From Azolla caroliniana (taxonomy: Eukaryota; Plantae; Polypodiophyta): DNA of 64,000 bases. Shown here in pieces: positions 1 to 11,215 of the stretch. The notes under the pieces are model-generated. The model was not told the origin of the DNA and ran no database searches. It saw only the letters and a program-made list of their open reading frames with translations. Where the stretch lies: the NCBI GenBank assembly GCA_043228905.1, contig JBHGNT010000001.1, forward strand, positions 2,232,001 to 2,296,000, given 5' to 3'. Position 1 is the first letter of the stretch, and each line of letters starts with the position of its first letter. The position numbers were made by a program, and so were the translations under genes.

Positions 1-182
1 TTTAGTCATTTCGTTGGCATGTGGTCAATTAGCCTCACTCGTCAAGTTATTGGGCTTTTCTAGAACCTCTTCTTCTTTTTCTTTGCATCATTGACTTTGG
101 CCTTTGTTAGTTCATTTCTTGTTGTCATCTAACTATATTGTATGTGGGTTCACATCTTAGAGGTATAGGGTTGGTTACACTT

Positions 183-660
183 TGATGTTTACTAGACACC
201 ACATGTCATCGATCCGACATTTATAACCAATTTATTTTATAGGTTTTGTTTCTCATAACATAACGACCACAAAGGATCCTTTGAGTCTATGATTTGTGCT
301 ACACGAGCATCAAGGTGGAATTGCCGCTATAACAACGACATAAACACAGAGAGATACATGGAGTTACACGTACATGTACAATACAAAGATACATGGATAT
401 GAGAAAGTACAAATGCAGATACGTGAAAGAGACAATATGTGATACAAACACAAGTAGAGCATATACAAGATACAAACTCCAAGGTTGAAAGGTATACATG
501 TATAAGATACAAGAAGATTGAGATACATGTATGCGTGTGAGTAGAGATATACAAGAAACATATTGAGTGATACAAAGATCAATGAACCCTAGTGTACAAA
601 TATATACACATATAAAGAGAGATACATAGAGTCATATGTAGGACACAAGCATCTACAACG
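183..660 (-). mobile_element. Possible degenerate LTR remnant
   Basis: Minus strand has an LTR-like TATATATTTGTACACTAGGG TATA region, repeated GTATCT motifs and a ...AAACATCA end followed by a weak PBS-like AAGTGTAACCA. No partner LTR or TSD seen. Confidence 0.3.
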
Positions 661-680
661 GTTTGTGAGTTCAATGGACT

Positions 681-748
681 CATCATCATCATGTATCTAG
701 TTAGCTATGTAGTATGCATATCTCATCATCTTCATCATGTATCTAGTT
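681..748. repeat. Left half of a degenerate ~35-45 bp minisatellite (CATCATCATGTATCTAGTTAGCTATGTATG...)
   Basis: The unit is visible twice here and resumes at 3039-3340; the array is split by the LINE nest. Confidence 0.8.
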
Positions 749-2697
749 TAGAAATAAATAAAAAAATTGTCATTAGAGTAAACATTTTACAGTATTTTAA
801 ACTCTATGTGATCGACGGGGAAACAACCATTTCGGAGGTTGAACATGCCAAGAAGGAGTCCGGTAATTGGATGTCATGAATGGAGTAGTTGTCCAGATGA
901 TAAGAAACGCATGCGGTTGAGCAAGTTTAGCATTAGAATCTCCAAATATACCATCCCATTGACCTTTCAAAGTATGAACTATGTCTAACCAAATATTTGA
1001 AACCAATTCTTTTTTTTTTCTTGGAAAATACCCTTTCATTAGTTATAAACAATTATTACACTAAAGCTCACCCACCGGCAAGCTACCATTGATATGTTGC
1101 ATTCTTCCTTAGGTCCCATCCCTCAAGGAGAAAGAGTATGAACATTCCACCACTCCTTAACCAAGTTATGTGATTGGTGGTGGGAACAACCATACTGGTG
1201 GTGCTAAGCACCATTTGGGTCTTGAAATTTGTAATGTGAGAAAAGGGGCATTCTTCCAATAGGCAATAAATTCAAGGCGTTGCAACATTGCAACATCTGT
1301 TTCGCCTTTAATATCCTCATACCGCCCTTTCAAGGTATGTGTATACCGCCCTCATACCATCTCCATCCAAACATTCCATACACTTTCCACTGAATGAACA
1401 ATAGTATTACCAAACACCTTAGAACACCTAACAATCCAAATAAACCACATTGTGGTGGTGCATAGCAGCTCCCATAGTTCTCGCATTGCCTTTAACATGT
1501 AAGGAGCTTCCATATGACTTCGTTGCGCCACCATTATCATTCCTCTTATAATTGTGTCATTTGGACATGCCTCATATGGCCACATCATTTGTGCCATTGT
1601 AGCCCATACTACCATACCCCATGAAAAATTGCAATCCCTAAACATAAAGGCTAGAACTCGAAACACCTGTCTCCAAACTTGTTGTGCAACATGACATTCC
1701 CACAAGCAATGTTTCAATGTCTCCATTTGACAACTACAATAGATGCATGCAGTCGGTCCAGCTGATTGTTGCATCCACAGTCTGGCCAATTGGTAATGCT
1801 CTATGTATTACTAGCCATTGGAAGACATTAGGAACTCGGATGTGACCCCTTGATGGGTCCAAAATTGACTAGCCCGTGGTGTAGTCCTACGTTGAGCTGC
1901 CAAAATGTGTCATCCAATCTTAACTGAGTACTGAAAAAAACCACACATTTTTCCGCACGATCAAACGAATCCTTCCACCAAAATTCTCTCGGATCCCATT
2001 ACAACCTTATCAATGGTTTCTTTTCAAAAACTCTTAGTTTCCAAAGCTCCTTGATTGCATCAACTTGTGGGTCGATGATCCACTTAGATCCGTCATAAGC
2101 AAGGACCCTTATTTTAGAGAATGTAGCATATTGCAATATCTCTGGTTGTATCGTTGCTCTACATATATTGCCATCTTCCTCCACATCATAGTCTTGACAT
2201 CGTCAGCAAGACAAATGTCCCCTTACCCCCACTAGCACTTGAAGCCTCGTAAATGCCCCTTCCCACTTGGGAGGATTAAAGGACCATACTGTAGAGGTTG
2301 AGTGCCCCAAAACCGACTGCACCTAGTCCCACATAATCCGCCCCCCTCTCAAGGAAGACAAAAATTCTTATCTGTCATGCATCAACGGACGCCATTGGCC
2401 CTACATCAAGCTTGGCCCAATCCAATCGTGTATTGGGCCCCAACATGTTATTTGAAACCAATTCAATTGGTGATGTTTTAAGTTGAAGGAAAACGAGAGA
2501 GCACCGAGCCTTCTAGATGTGATATACAATTGTACTACTCAGTATCTCCCATATTGGTTGGCTTCCTTCTGTATTCCTGAAAATTGTAATGACATCAATG
2601 GTAATGCATGAACACTTCCAGATTTAAGTGTAAAATCCATGGTCCATAGATTCGGCATCATAATGGAACGCATCACGGACAAGTGATGTCCAAACCA
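749..2697 (-). mobile_element. L1-type LINE 3' fragment A (host of the nest; pieces 749-1009 and 2465-2697)
   Basis: After removing insert B, the minus-strand translation is continuous: SQPIWEILSSTIVYHI*KARCSLVFLQLKTSPIELVSNIWLDIVHTLKGQWD. This matches the ORF2 C-terminus seen in B and at 26348-26650. Confidence 0.75.
1010..2448 (-). mobile_element. 5'-truncated L1-type LINE B with zf-RVT domain, nested in A
   Basis: Poly(A) tail (poly-T at 1010-1019). zf-RVT motif CIYC..ETLKHCLWEC..AQQVW in ORF 1352-1789. Perfect 16-bp TSD TATTTGAAACCAATTC at 994-1009 and 2449-2464. Confidence 0.88.
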
Positions 2698-3026
2698 GCC
2701 ATACAACCATGGTCAATAAAAAATATATTGAGAAGCCATGGTGACGAGTGTTTATTTATATGTTGATCAACATGCGAGAATGGAAGAAGATGGATGAACA
2801 TTGGGTCTTAGCCAATGATCACATGAGATGGGAAAAAGAGTCATGTATGCGTGTCCACCGCTGTTTGTAGTCTTCTACTTTGAGTCTCTGAGTTTTTTAT
2901 TGGCCTATCTATGGCCACAACTTTTATGATGTTGTCTGACTAATCATTTTCTCATGTATGTAGAATTTATACTAATGAAGAATATTGTTTTGGAAAAAAA
3001 TAATAATAAAAAAATAAAATAAAATT
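2698..3026 (+). mobile_element. Short retroposed LINE 3' end C with A-rich tail
   Basis: A-rich tail at 2994-3024; 14-bp TSD TGATGTCCAAACCA at 2684-2697 and 3027-3040; the 3' end motif CTAATGAA is shared with B. Confidence 0.75.
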
Positions 3027-3038
3027 TGATGTCCAAAC

Positions 3039-3340
3039 CATCATGTATCTAGTTAGCTATGTATGAACACATATCTCATCATCATCATGTATCTAATTAA
3101 CTATGAATGTATGCACATCTCATAATCATCATAAAGTGTCTAGTTAGCAATGTATGTATGCATGCTATGTATGTATGATATCTCGTCATCATCATGAAGT
3201 TAGCTATGTATGTATGCTATGTATGTATGCATACAACATCATCATCATCATCATCATGTATCTAGTTAGCTATGTATGTAAGTATGTATGGTATGTATGT
3301 ATGCATATCTCATCATCATCACGAGGTACTGAGCTATAAC
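3039..3340. repeat. Right half of the CATCAT/TATGTATG minisatellite upstream of the EMB1703-like gene
   Basis: Several degenerate copies of CATCATCATGTATCTAGTTAGCTATGTATG. Confidence 0.8.
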
Positions 3341-3546
3341 CTCGAAGAGAAGGAACAGAGGTGCTTGCAGTTACTCTCTTTTTCTTCTTCTCATGCAGAA
3401 GAGAGCTTCAAAGACGATGACGGGAAGGGGGTCTATGAACGATTCTTCAGAACGCTAAGTGTATTCATGCGTTTCTCCTTCCTTGAAGCTCAGCTTGCCT
3501 TTCCCTCTGTTTTCTTGTATTCTATTTTTATTTATGCTCTGTTTCC

Positions 3547-6500
3547 ATGGAGTCCATTATTATATGCCCAGGTTTGCCATGGACAGCTTCAGTATATGCG
3601 AAACCTGATTCTAATTTTAGAAGAAATTTGAAGGCTTTGGAATGTAGCAGAGTTCGTATTAGCAGAAAAATATATAGTAAATGTAGTAGAGAAGCTAAAA
3701 CGTTTTGTTTTCATTCATTCCATGGTCTTCGCTATGGAAGTACTATCCGTTTTGGTGCTTTCAGAGATGAAAGGGCTCAAAATTTTGGCCCCGTCCCTTT
3801 AAAAGGCATGAAAATTGAGGCAACAAAAGGTGAGAAAATAGCGGTATTTAAGGGTTCTTCTAAAGGTGAAATTATGTACAAAAATGAGAAAATAGATATA
3901 ATTGAGGGGTCTGAAGGTCACATTAATTATAATCAAGAGAAAATGAAGGTAATCGAGTGGACACAAGGTGGAATGCTTGACAAAAATGAGAAAATGAAGG
4001 TCATCGAGGGTGCAAAAGCTGAAATGGTCTATAATAATCAGAAGAGGGAGCTTCAGTACGAAGTTTATTCATATCAAAGTAATGTCAGTTCAGTAAAGCT
4101 TGATTCTTATCAAGAAGAAGAAGAAGAAGAAGAAGAAGAAGGGAAAAGACAGTCAAGTCAAGTGGGTTCTTTTACTGAAGAAGGAAACCGATCCTCAAAT
4201 TTGGAGAGAATTGTTAGCAGGAATTTTTTGGGATTGAAGCAGTGGTGGAAATCTATACATGAAGTATACAGAGAAGATACCGAATTATGGGGTTTTGGTT
4301 CGAGTCCAATCTTCACAGTGTATGAAGGCAAAGGAGGAAAATTTGAGAAAGTGATCATTGATGAGAATGAGATTAAGCGAAGACAAGGTTTCGAGCCTCT
4401 TCTTCCGGGACCTATTGATGACACAATGAAAGCTCAATGTGAAGATAAGATCAACTTGGCTCATGCCATTGCCAAGGAAATAGAGATAGGTCATATAAAA
4501 CCAAAGAAGAATAGCACAGTGTTTAACATTGTGAAGACTATTTGCCAGGATGCAAATAAGAGTTCATATCAGCAAACAGTTGATTGGGCAAAATATGTTC
4601 TTCATGTATCTGCACCTTCTGTCAAATCTTTCTTTTTAATTGTTATGCCAATATATGGGTTTTTGATAATTTGGAATGCTTTTCTGGTGAGGAGAAAGGG
4701 AAGTGATACAGATGATATTGAGGATGAAACATCGGCAACTAGGCTTGAAAAGATGAGAAAGCTAAAAGCTCGGATAAACTCTATTCATGGAAATACAAAA
4801 TTAGAACAGGGTCCTTTAGCACAATCCGATTTCATGAAAAAGCTTCTTGAAGTTCGGGAAATGGCAAGGCAAGTTCGGCTGGATGAAGCCTCACAAAACT
4901 TGAGGGAGGATTCCAGCAATGTTATGGAGTATAATTTAGAGGATGAAATTGTAACTGAAAACTATAATATGATTGAAGTCAATAATGATGTGGAGAAAGG
5001 AGGAACAGACATAGAAATGGCTGTGGCATATGATGTAGAAGATCGAAACGTAAGTGAAACCCATGTGGTTGAGGCCAATAGTGATTCAAAGCATGTACAA
5101 CTAGAAGAAAAAAACGACTGTGATGATTTTGTTGCAGAGAAAGACTTTAATTCTTCACAAGTCGAACATGGTGAAACAAATGTTACAAGAGGAGATTTAA
5201 GAGATATAAACAATAAAATTTCCGTTAAATATCCAACAAAGAATGGATCAGCTCAAAAATGTAAGCCAAAACCTCGGATTATTATGTCACTTGAAGAGGC
5301 AAAAGCTGTTCTTGATGGTAAGAAATCGAGATTATCTTCTATCAATAAAAATGACGAAAAGCCCACATATCGAATGAAACATCAAGTAGCTGAAAATTCC
5401 ATGATTGCAAGTACTTCATACAAAACATCAGGAAAGACAAGGCCGAATGCACAGGATAATTCAGAACCAATGCAATTAGGAAACGCTGAGGAGTTCAGAG
5501 CTAGATTTGAAGGAAGTCAGGGAGAGTCTGAGGAACGTGAAGGTGAAACTTCAAATTGTGATACAGAAACAAAGGAAGAACAAAGTGGCACATTAGGGAT
5601 GAAATCATCTCTACTTTACAAACATCTTGGTAAGGACAGGATATATTTATGATTGCTATGCGTCGTATTACAATGGACTGGTTTTTTTCTGTTTTGTTTC
5701 TAATTTTGGCATTGTATGATAGATGGTGGGAATGACCCTGATGAAAGAGCTGATTTGCCCACTCTCAATAACCTAAATCCTATGAAGAGAAATGATATGG
5801 CTGAGATGAATTCAAAGGTTTTGATCCAAGATTCTCGATCCTCTGGCACAAAAAAGATATTGATAAACAATGGTACTCTTAGTGACAAAACGAAAGATGT
5901 TGTTGGGAGTGGGCGGCCTTTACGAGAAAAAGAATCATTTTCGAACACGAAACGATGGAGCAAAGAGCTTCAAAGGAAGTATGATTCAGAAAGAGACCCG
6001 AGGGTGAGAGAACTTATGAAAGAGATTGGATCAGAGCTACAAACTTGGGTAACCGAAGAGGAAATTGAAGAGGCAAGAAGAATAGCATCAAAACTAGAAC
6101 AAGGAGATGACGGTGATGATGATGGCATAGGGAAACGCTATCAAGAAGTGCGTAAAAAGATTGAAAATGAAAAGAAGACATTTGGTACAGAAGCCGTGTT
6201 GGAAAAGTATAGGGAATATCAAGCTAAACCAGAGGATGAACTATGGTGGCTTGATCTTCGTTATGTATTGGTAAGAAACTACACTTCCGTTTTTAAAAAA
6301 CCTATAGAAATATTAAATGAAAGACATAACATGCTAATTGCGGGATTTGAAAGCATTTTGTTGTGTACATCATCATGTAAGATGAAACTTTATCTAACAA
6401 ATTATTGCTTCTAGATTCATTGACCTTGCCTTAGTAAAAACATTTAAACTACAGCTTGTAAACGTTTTGGTTTAGTAGTGAAAAATTAAGCATTATAACA

Positions 6501-7153
6501 ATGGGTTTGAACCTAAAACAATCTTTTGAAATTCTTAGTTTGTGATCATGCACTCACTCTTGTTAGTTCTAATCTGTCTTTCTCACTATCTTTCCTCATG
6601 TGTTTTTTTTATATTCTCCACATACATGTATGCAGTGTCTGGTGGTTACATCTAAGCAAGATGGAGGATTTTATGGTGTTGACATGGAAATTGAGGAACT
6701 GAAGGGTGAATCCAAGAATCAAAGAGTTAAACATGTTGTGGCATTTGAGGACCGAAAGGATGCTTTGAAATTTGGTCGTTTACTAGAACACGATTCGGGT
6801 TCGGGATTTCAGCGTGTAGATATATACCCTTTTTCACCCAAGGTTAGTACATTGATATGTATCATTCCGAGGTTATTTTATTTTAAAGTTTTTTTCTTTT
6901 TGCATTGGATAACAATTATTTTTTCTTTCTTTCCTTCTATTGAATTTGGTAGCAACTATTTAGGATGGCGAAAGAGGAGGGTTTTAAGGTAACAGTGTTG
7001 AGAACAGGCGAAATCGATGTCTCGGTTGAATCGAATCTTGAAGAAGCCGAAGATCAAATTGTGGCAATTGGAAAAAGTGTGTACTGGGAAAGAGAGGAAC
7101 AGAAGCATTCGATAGATATTGATAGTATTCTTCATCAGCGATTCGGCTTATGA
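3547..7153 (+). CDS. EMB1703: EMBRYO DEFECTIVE 1703-like putative plastid protein; exons 3547-5629, 5723-6270, 6636-6842, 6953-7153 (~1012 aa)
   Basis: All three introns are GT..AG with matching phases (1,0,0). Motifs recognised from the EMB1703 family: WGFGSSPIFTV..EKVIIDENEI, KPRIIMSLEEAK, ELWWLDL, HVVAFED, GFKVTVLRTGE. The N-terminus is transit-peptide-like and there is one hydrophobic segment (FFLIVMPIYGFLIIWNAFL). Confidence 0.88.
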
Positions 7154-8553
7154 TAATATGTTTAGGCTTTGCAAAATTCTTAATCAAAGCTGTACATGCA
7201 AGGGGAATCAATAATCATAAAAGAGAATGGTTATTGTGAAACCAAAATGTATTAGTATCCAAGAGGTACAGAAGAAAATGGAGAATGGTGTGTTATATCA
7301 AAATCAAGAGGTGATGACTAACGATTCTTGAGGAAGTTGTATTATATTTACCTTATCGGTGAAGTTACCCGTGACTCTGTAGAGAGTTGACTTCATATAT
7401 CCAAGTCCTTTCAATGATGTGGGAATAAAAGGATGAGTTTATCCCATTGTGTGTCAAGCAAGAAGGAAGAAATTAAGATCATCAGAAGAGGATCTCATAA
7501 ACTATATTTGATATATGTAATAAGGACATTAATTCATTCGTTATTAGGCACTCAGTTGATGAGGCATTAATTTTGCACAAAGCTTCTGTTCTAATGCTAC
7601 GGTGTATAGCGCTCTTCTTAAAAAAGCCTTCATGAGTTTAGTTCTTCCACGATCAAAGTTTAGTTTTAGCTGTTGATGTTTTGTGATCAGTATTGCCAAA
7701 AATGTTATTTTATGTCTACATATTGTTTTGGTTTCATGCCATGTCTTAGGTACACATTCATGAGGAAGTCTTTTCGTGTTTTCGTTCTAACAATAAATGT
7801 CATAAAGTTTACAATGCAAAGAATCGTCAGTTTAATAGTATTTTATCAGCTTCTTATTCAAACATGTTATGGATGATTAATATTGGGTCAATTGTTTGCA
7901 ATCAAACCCTCTGATTTGGCCCTAATGTCCACAATTGTCTTGTTCTAAGTCAAAGATCTACCTCCCAATCTTGGCTCTCTTTGTGGTTGAGATTCCTGTA
8001 CTCCTCTAGCACTGTCAATTGCTAGAAAAGAAGTCCTTTTTGGGTGTTAGTTTGGTGGTTTACATCGTTGAATCAAAGTCATAAAATTGATAGAACCGAA
8101 GTCAATCCTCACCGTCACCTATGCCCCTTGTCATAGGTTGCAATCAGACATTTTATGATATGATAAGTAAAATCTTCCATTAGAACAATGCAAAAGCTAC
8201 ATTTTAATGTTGATAGTCCATGTGTCTCTTTAGAGCTAATCTAAAGACAAACTCCAAATAATCGATATCATCGAAATGACAACCTTAGTTACAAATGGCA
8301 ATTCAGAATGCCAACTATGTTCCAAGATCTGCCACCAACCATAATTAGAGTAATATACCTTCCTTCCATTCTTGTTTGACCTTAGATGACAGCCATCAAA
8401 GAGATTCAATGGAGCAATGGTACAAGAGATAAGTAGTCACTTGTAAAAGTGGTGCCTAATCCTGCAAAAGCCAATCAACCCATGCTTGTTCTCGGGTTAG
8501 TTTAGGTAAAGCACCTTACGTGAGTGTTATATTATATATTTGTTGCCAAATAT

Positions 8554-8579
8554 TCTCTCTCTCTCTCTCTCTCTCTCTC
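8554..8579. repeat. (TC)13 microsatellite
   Basis: Directly visible. Confidence 0.95.
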
Positions 8580-8996
8580 ATTGAGAAGTCAAGCTCAACA
8601 CGTTTGGGACAAGAGAACTGGTGTAAAAGAGAGGTTTCATTAGCATTACAAAATAGATTAGTTACAAGCTCCTTCAAGCTAACTATGATTAAGAAGTGAG
8701 AGGTGTCACTTTGTCCCAAATCATGTTTCCCATTGGTATGCTTGTGCCATCTCTGATCAGGACTCCTTGGGTCTGTGCCAACTCATTTTGGGGCTCCATG
8801 ATTCCTTCGTGACACACTTTGGGGCTGGTTTCGTGTTGGCACTGTTTAGTAGCACCACATGAAAACTCTCCTTGCATTTAGAGGTACATTATGCATAAAG
8901 TCACCTTTGAGCTCAGTATATGGAATATATTCATTCCATTGAATGCATTGGATACTATATCATACGGTAATCATTCTCCATCATGACTAATTGGTT

Positions 8997-9236
8997 TATG
9001 ATTCTCCATGTGTATACAAAGAATATATTGTATATAATCTCTACTCTACCTCATGTAATCTTTTCTTGTTTTTGTTAGGGAACTATAATTCTCCTTGTGT
9101 ATACAGAGAATAAATTGTATATAATCTAACCATCCTCTTCTGGCTTTTGAAAAGGAACTATGACTCTACTTGTGTACACAATAAATATACTGTATATAAT
9201 CTAACTCTCCCTCGTGTATTATTTTCTTGCTTTTGG
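8997..9236. repeat. Three degenerate 75-87 bp tandem repeats downstream of H1
   Basis: The unit TATGATTCTCC..GTGTATACA..GAATA..TTGTATATAATCT starts at ~8997, ~9084 and ~9159. Confidence 0.8.
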
Positions 9237-9698
9237 TTCTCTACGTAATTAATATAAGCCTTCTCCCTATCATTACTCCTTTTCCTATAATCTATTCCAT
9301 TAAATCATGTTTGTCGACAAAACGTTCCGGCATTTCTCCATGCCTTTTTGGATTATAAACATTTGGCTAAAAGCATAAACACTGCACACTCAATTCACAG
9401 CACAAGCTTGATTCATTAGAAATTCAATAAAATGCCTAAAAGTTACTACAGCAAAAAGGCAGTAAGGAAACTGTACAATTCTGAATTACAGTGTGTGTCC
9501 ATAGCCAAGACCATTGCCCATCCCCATCGGAGGCAAACAATATCTGATTATAGGTTCTGTTTTTGTCTGACAATTCCTCAGAGAGAGAGGTGGTGTTGAA
9601 AAACACCATTGAAATTAGAGAACAAAGAAACACAAAGAAAGAGGACGGCAGAAATTGACGTGTAGCAAAAGCGAATGGCGGCTATGCAAAACCTCTAA

Positions 9699-10928
9699 TC
9701 AAGCAGAGGTTTTGACCTTCTTCGCAGGGGGTTTGGCCACAGCCTTCTTCTTCTTCAAAGAAGCTGAAGCAACAGATTTATTTACCGGAGCCTTCTTCTT
9801 TGCAGGAACCACGACCTTTTTTACAGCAGCAGCTTTCTTCACAACTGTAGTTTTCTTCACAACGGCGACCTTTTTCACGACCGGAGCCTTCTTCACAACG
9901 GTTGCTTTCTTGGCCGGGGCAGTTACAGCTTTTTTTACCGCAGGAGCCTTTTTCACAGCTCCAGCTTTCTTTACCACAACCTTCTTGTCGGAAGTCGCAG
10001 GTTTTGTTTTCGGTTTCACAGGTGCCTTTTTAGGTTTTACAACTGGCTTCACTTTCTTTGTCGAGGGTTGCGAAGGTTTCTTCTTCAAAACAGATACTGG
10101 AGATGGTTTCTTCTTTGCAACCTCTGAGAGTTTGTAGGAATTCTTGATCTGTAGAAGCTTTTTCTTTTCAACTAACTTCTTCAGCTGAACGTAAAGAAGC
10201 TTCTTGAAATTGGCCGGCAGATTTGTCTTGTGCTTTGCTTCAATATGCTTAGCTATAGCAGGATGGCTAGATCCCGTCCGTTCCTTGAGGGAAGTGATCG
10301 CTTCAATAATCATCTGAACAAGGATACAAAAGTCAAGGCAATTAGACAAAAATGCAACAGAATTTTCAACTAAGTGAATGTCACCGTACCAGAAACCTCA
10401 CAGACAAACATAACCACGTAATTTAGAGCGGAAATTAACTATAGAAGCGTTTCCCTAGCAAAGTGCAGGCGTTTCTTCTATGAATTCACAATAAGATCTG
10501 AATAGCGAACTTAAATCTGAATGCTTCTGTGACATCTCCTGGACCCCGCCAGAGTAAGACACATAGAAAACAATTCAATCACGTTCAAACTTATGGGAGC
10601 AAAATTGACATTGATAACGAATTTAAACACAATCAAGAAGGATTTATTCCGAAATGGGTATCAAATGGCGCATTTAAACACCTCGATCCACACAAAAAGA
10701 TTAAACACATAACCACGAACAGGAAGAACTGACTATTTGTACATGAAAGATGTAAAACACACTAACCTCTAGGTATGGAGGATGAGTAGCAGGAGCCCTG
10801 GAACGAGGGGGTTTCTTTTCCTTTGTCGAAGATTTAGCTTTCTTCCCAGACTTAGCGTCGTCAATCTTCACTTCAGCGACAACATCAGTAGTAGCGGTAA
10901 TGGTAGCATCAATAACTTCAGCGGCCAT
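9699..10928 (-). CDS. H1: Linker histone H1; exons 10928-10767 and 10313-9699 (258 aa)
   Basis: The globular H15 domain HPPYLE|MIIEAITSLKERTGSSHPAIAKHIE...QIKNSYKL is split by a phase-0 GT..AG intron at the usual plant H1 position, followed by a Lys/Ala/Val/Pro-rich tail. Confidence 0.96.
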
Positions 10929-11148
10929 GGCGAGAGCGGAAGGAAAATAAGAAGAACCGGGATTTCGGCCTCTGACACGTCGGGATAATTCTTCTCCGAA
11001 GGACAAGGAAGGAGGTTAGGTCAAGAAGAAGGGGAGGTAAGGAGCAAGAAACACAGGAGCTATGGCGGAGCTTCGAAAAACCAAGAAGAATCAGCCGTTC
11101 TCTTTCTGAGATACACGCAGACGGAGGAGGGCAAGGACGGGGATGATC

Positions 11149-11215
11149 TTTTGTATAGGCGACGGGACAGACACGTGGGCGATGGGGATTGGCATAAAGC
11201 AGGTCAATCCGGATC
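11149..11215 (-). promoter_or_regulatory. Histone-gene-type promoter module
   Basis: Minus strand reads GATCCGGA-N14-GCCAATCC...CCCACGTGTC..CCGTC..TATACAAAA: an octamer-like element plus CCAAT at type-III spacing, an ACGT box, a CCGTC box and a TATA-like element. Confidence 0.6.

Noticed and set aside
3272-3631. 119-aa ORF overlapping the EMB1703-like start
   Set aside because: Begins in the minisatellite and has no recognisable domain; cannot be supported as a uORF without TSS data.
9655-10137. 160-aa plus-strand ORF rich in FF/T/A
   Set aside because: Antisense shadow of the Lys-rich H1 tail.
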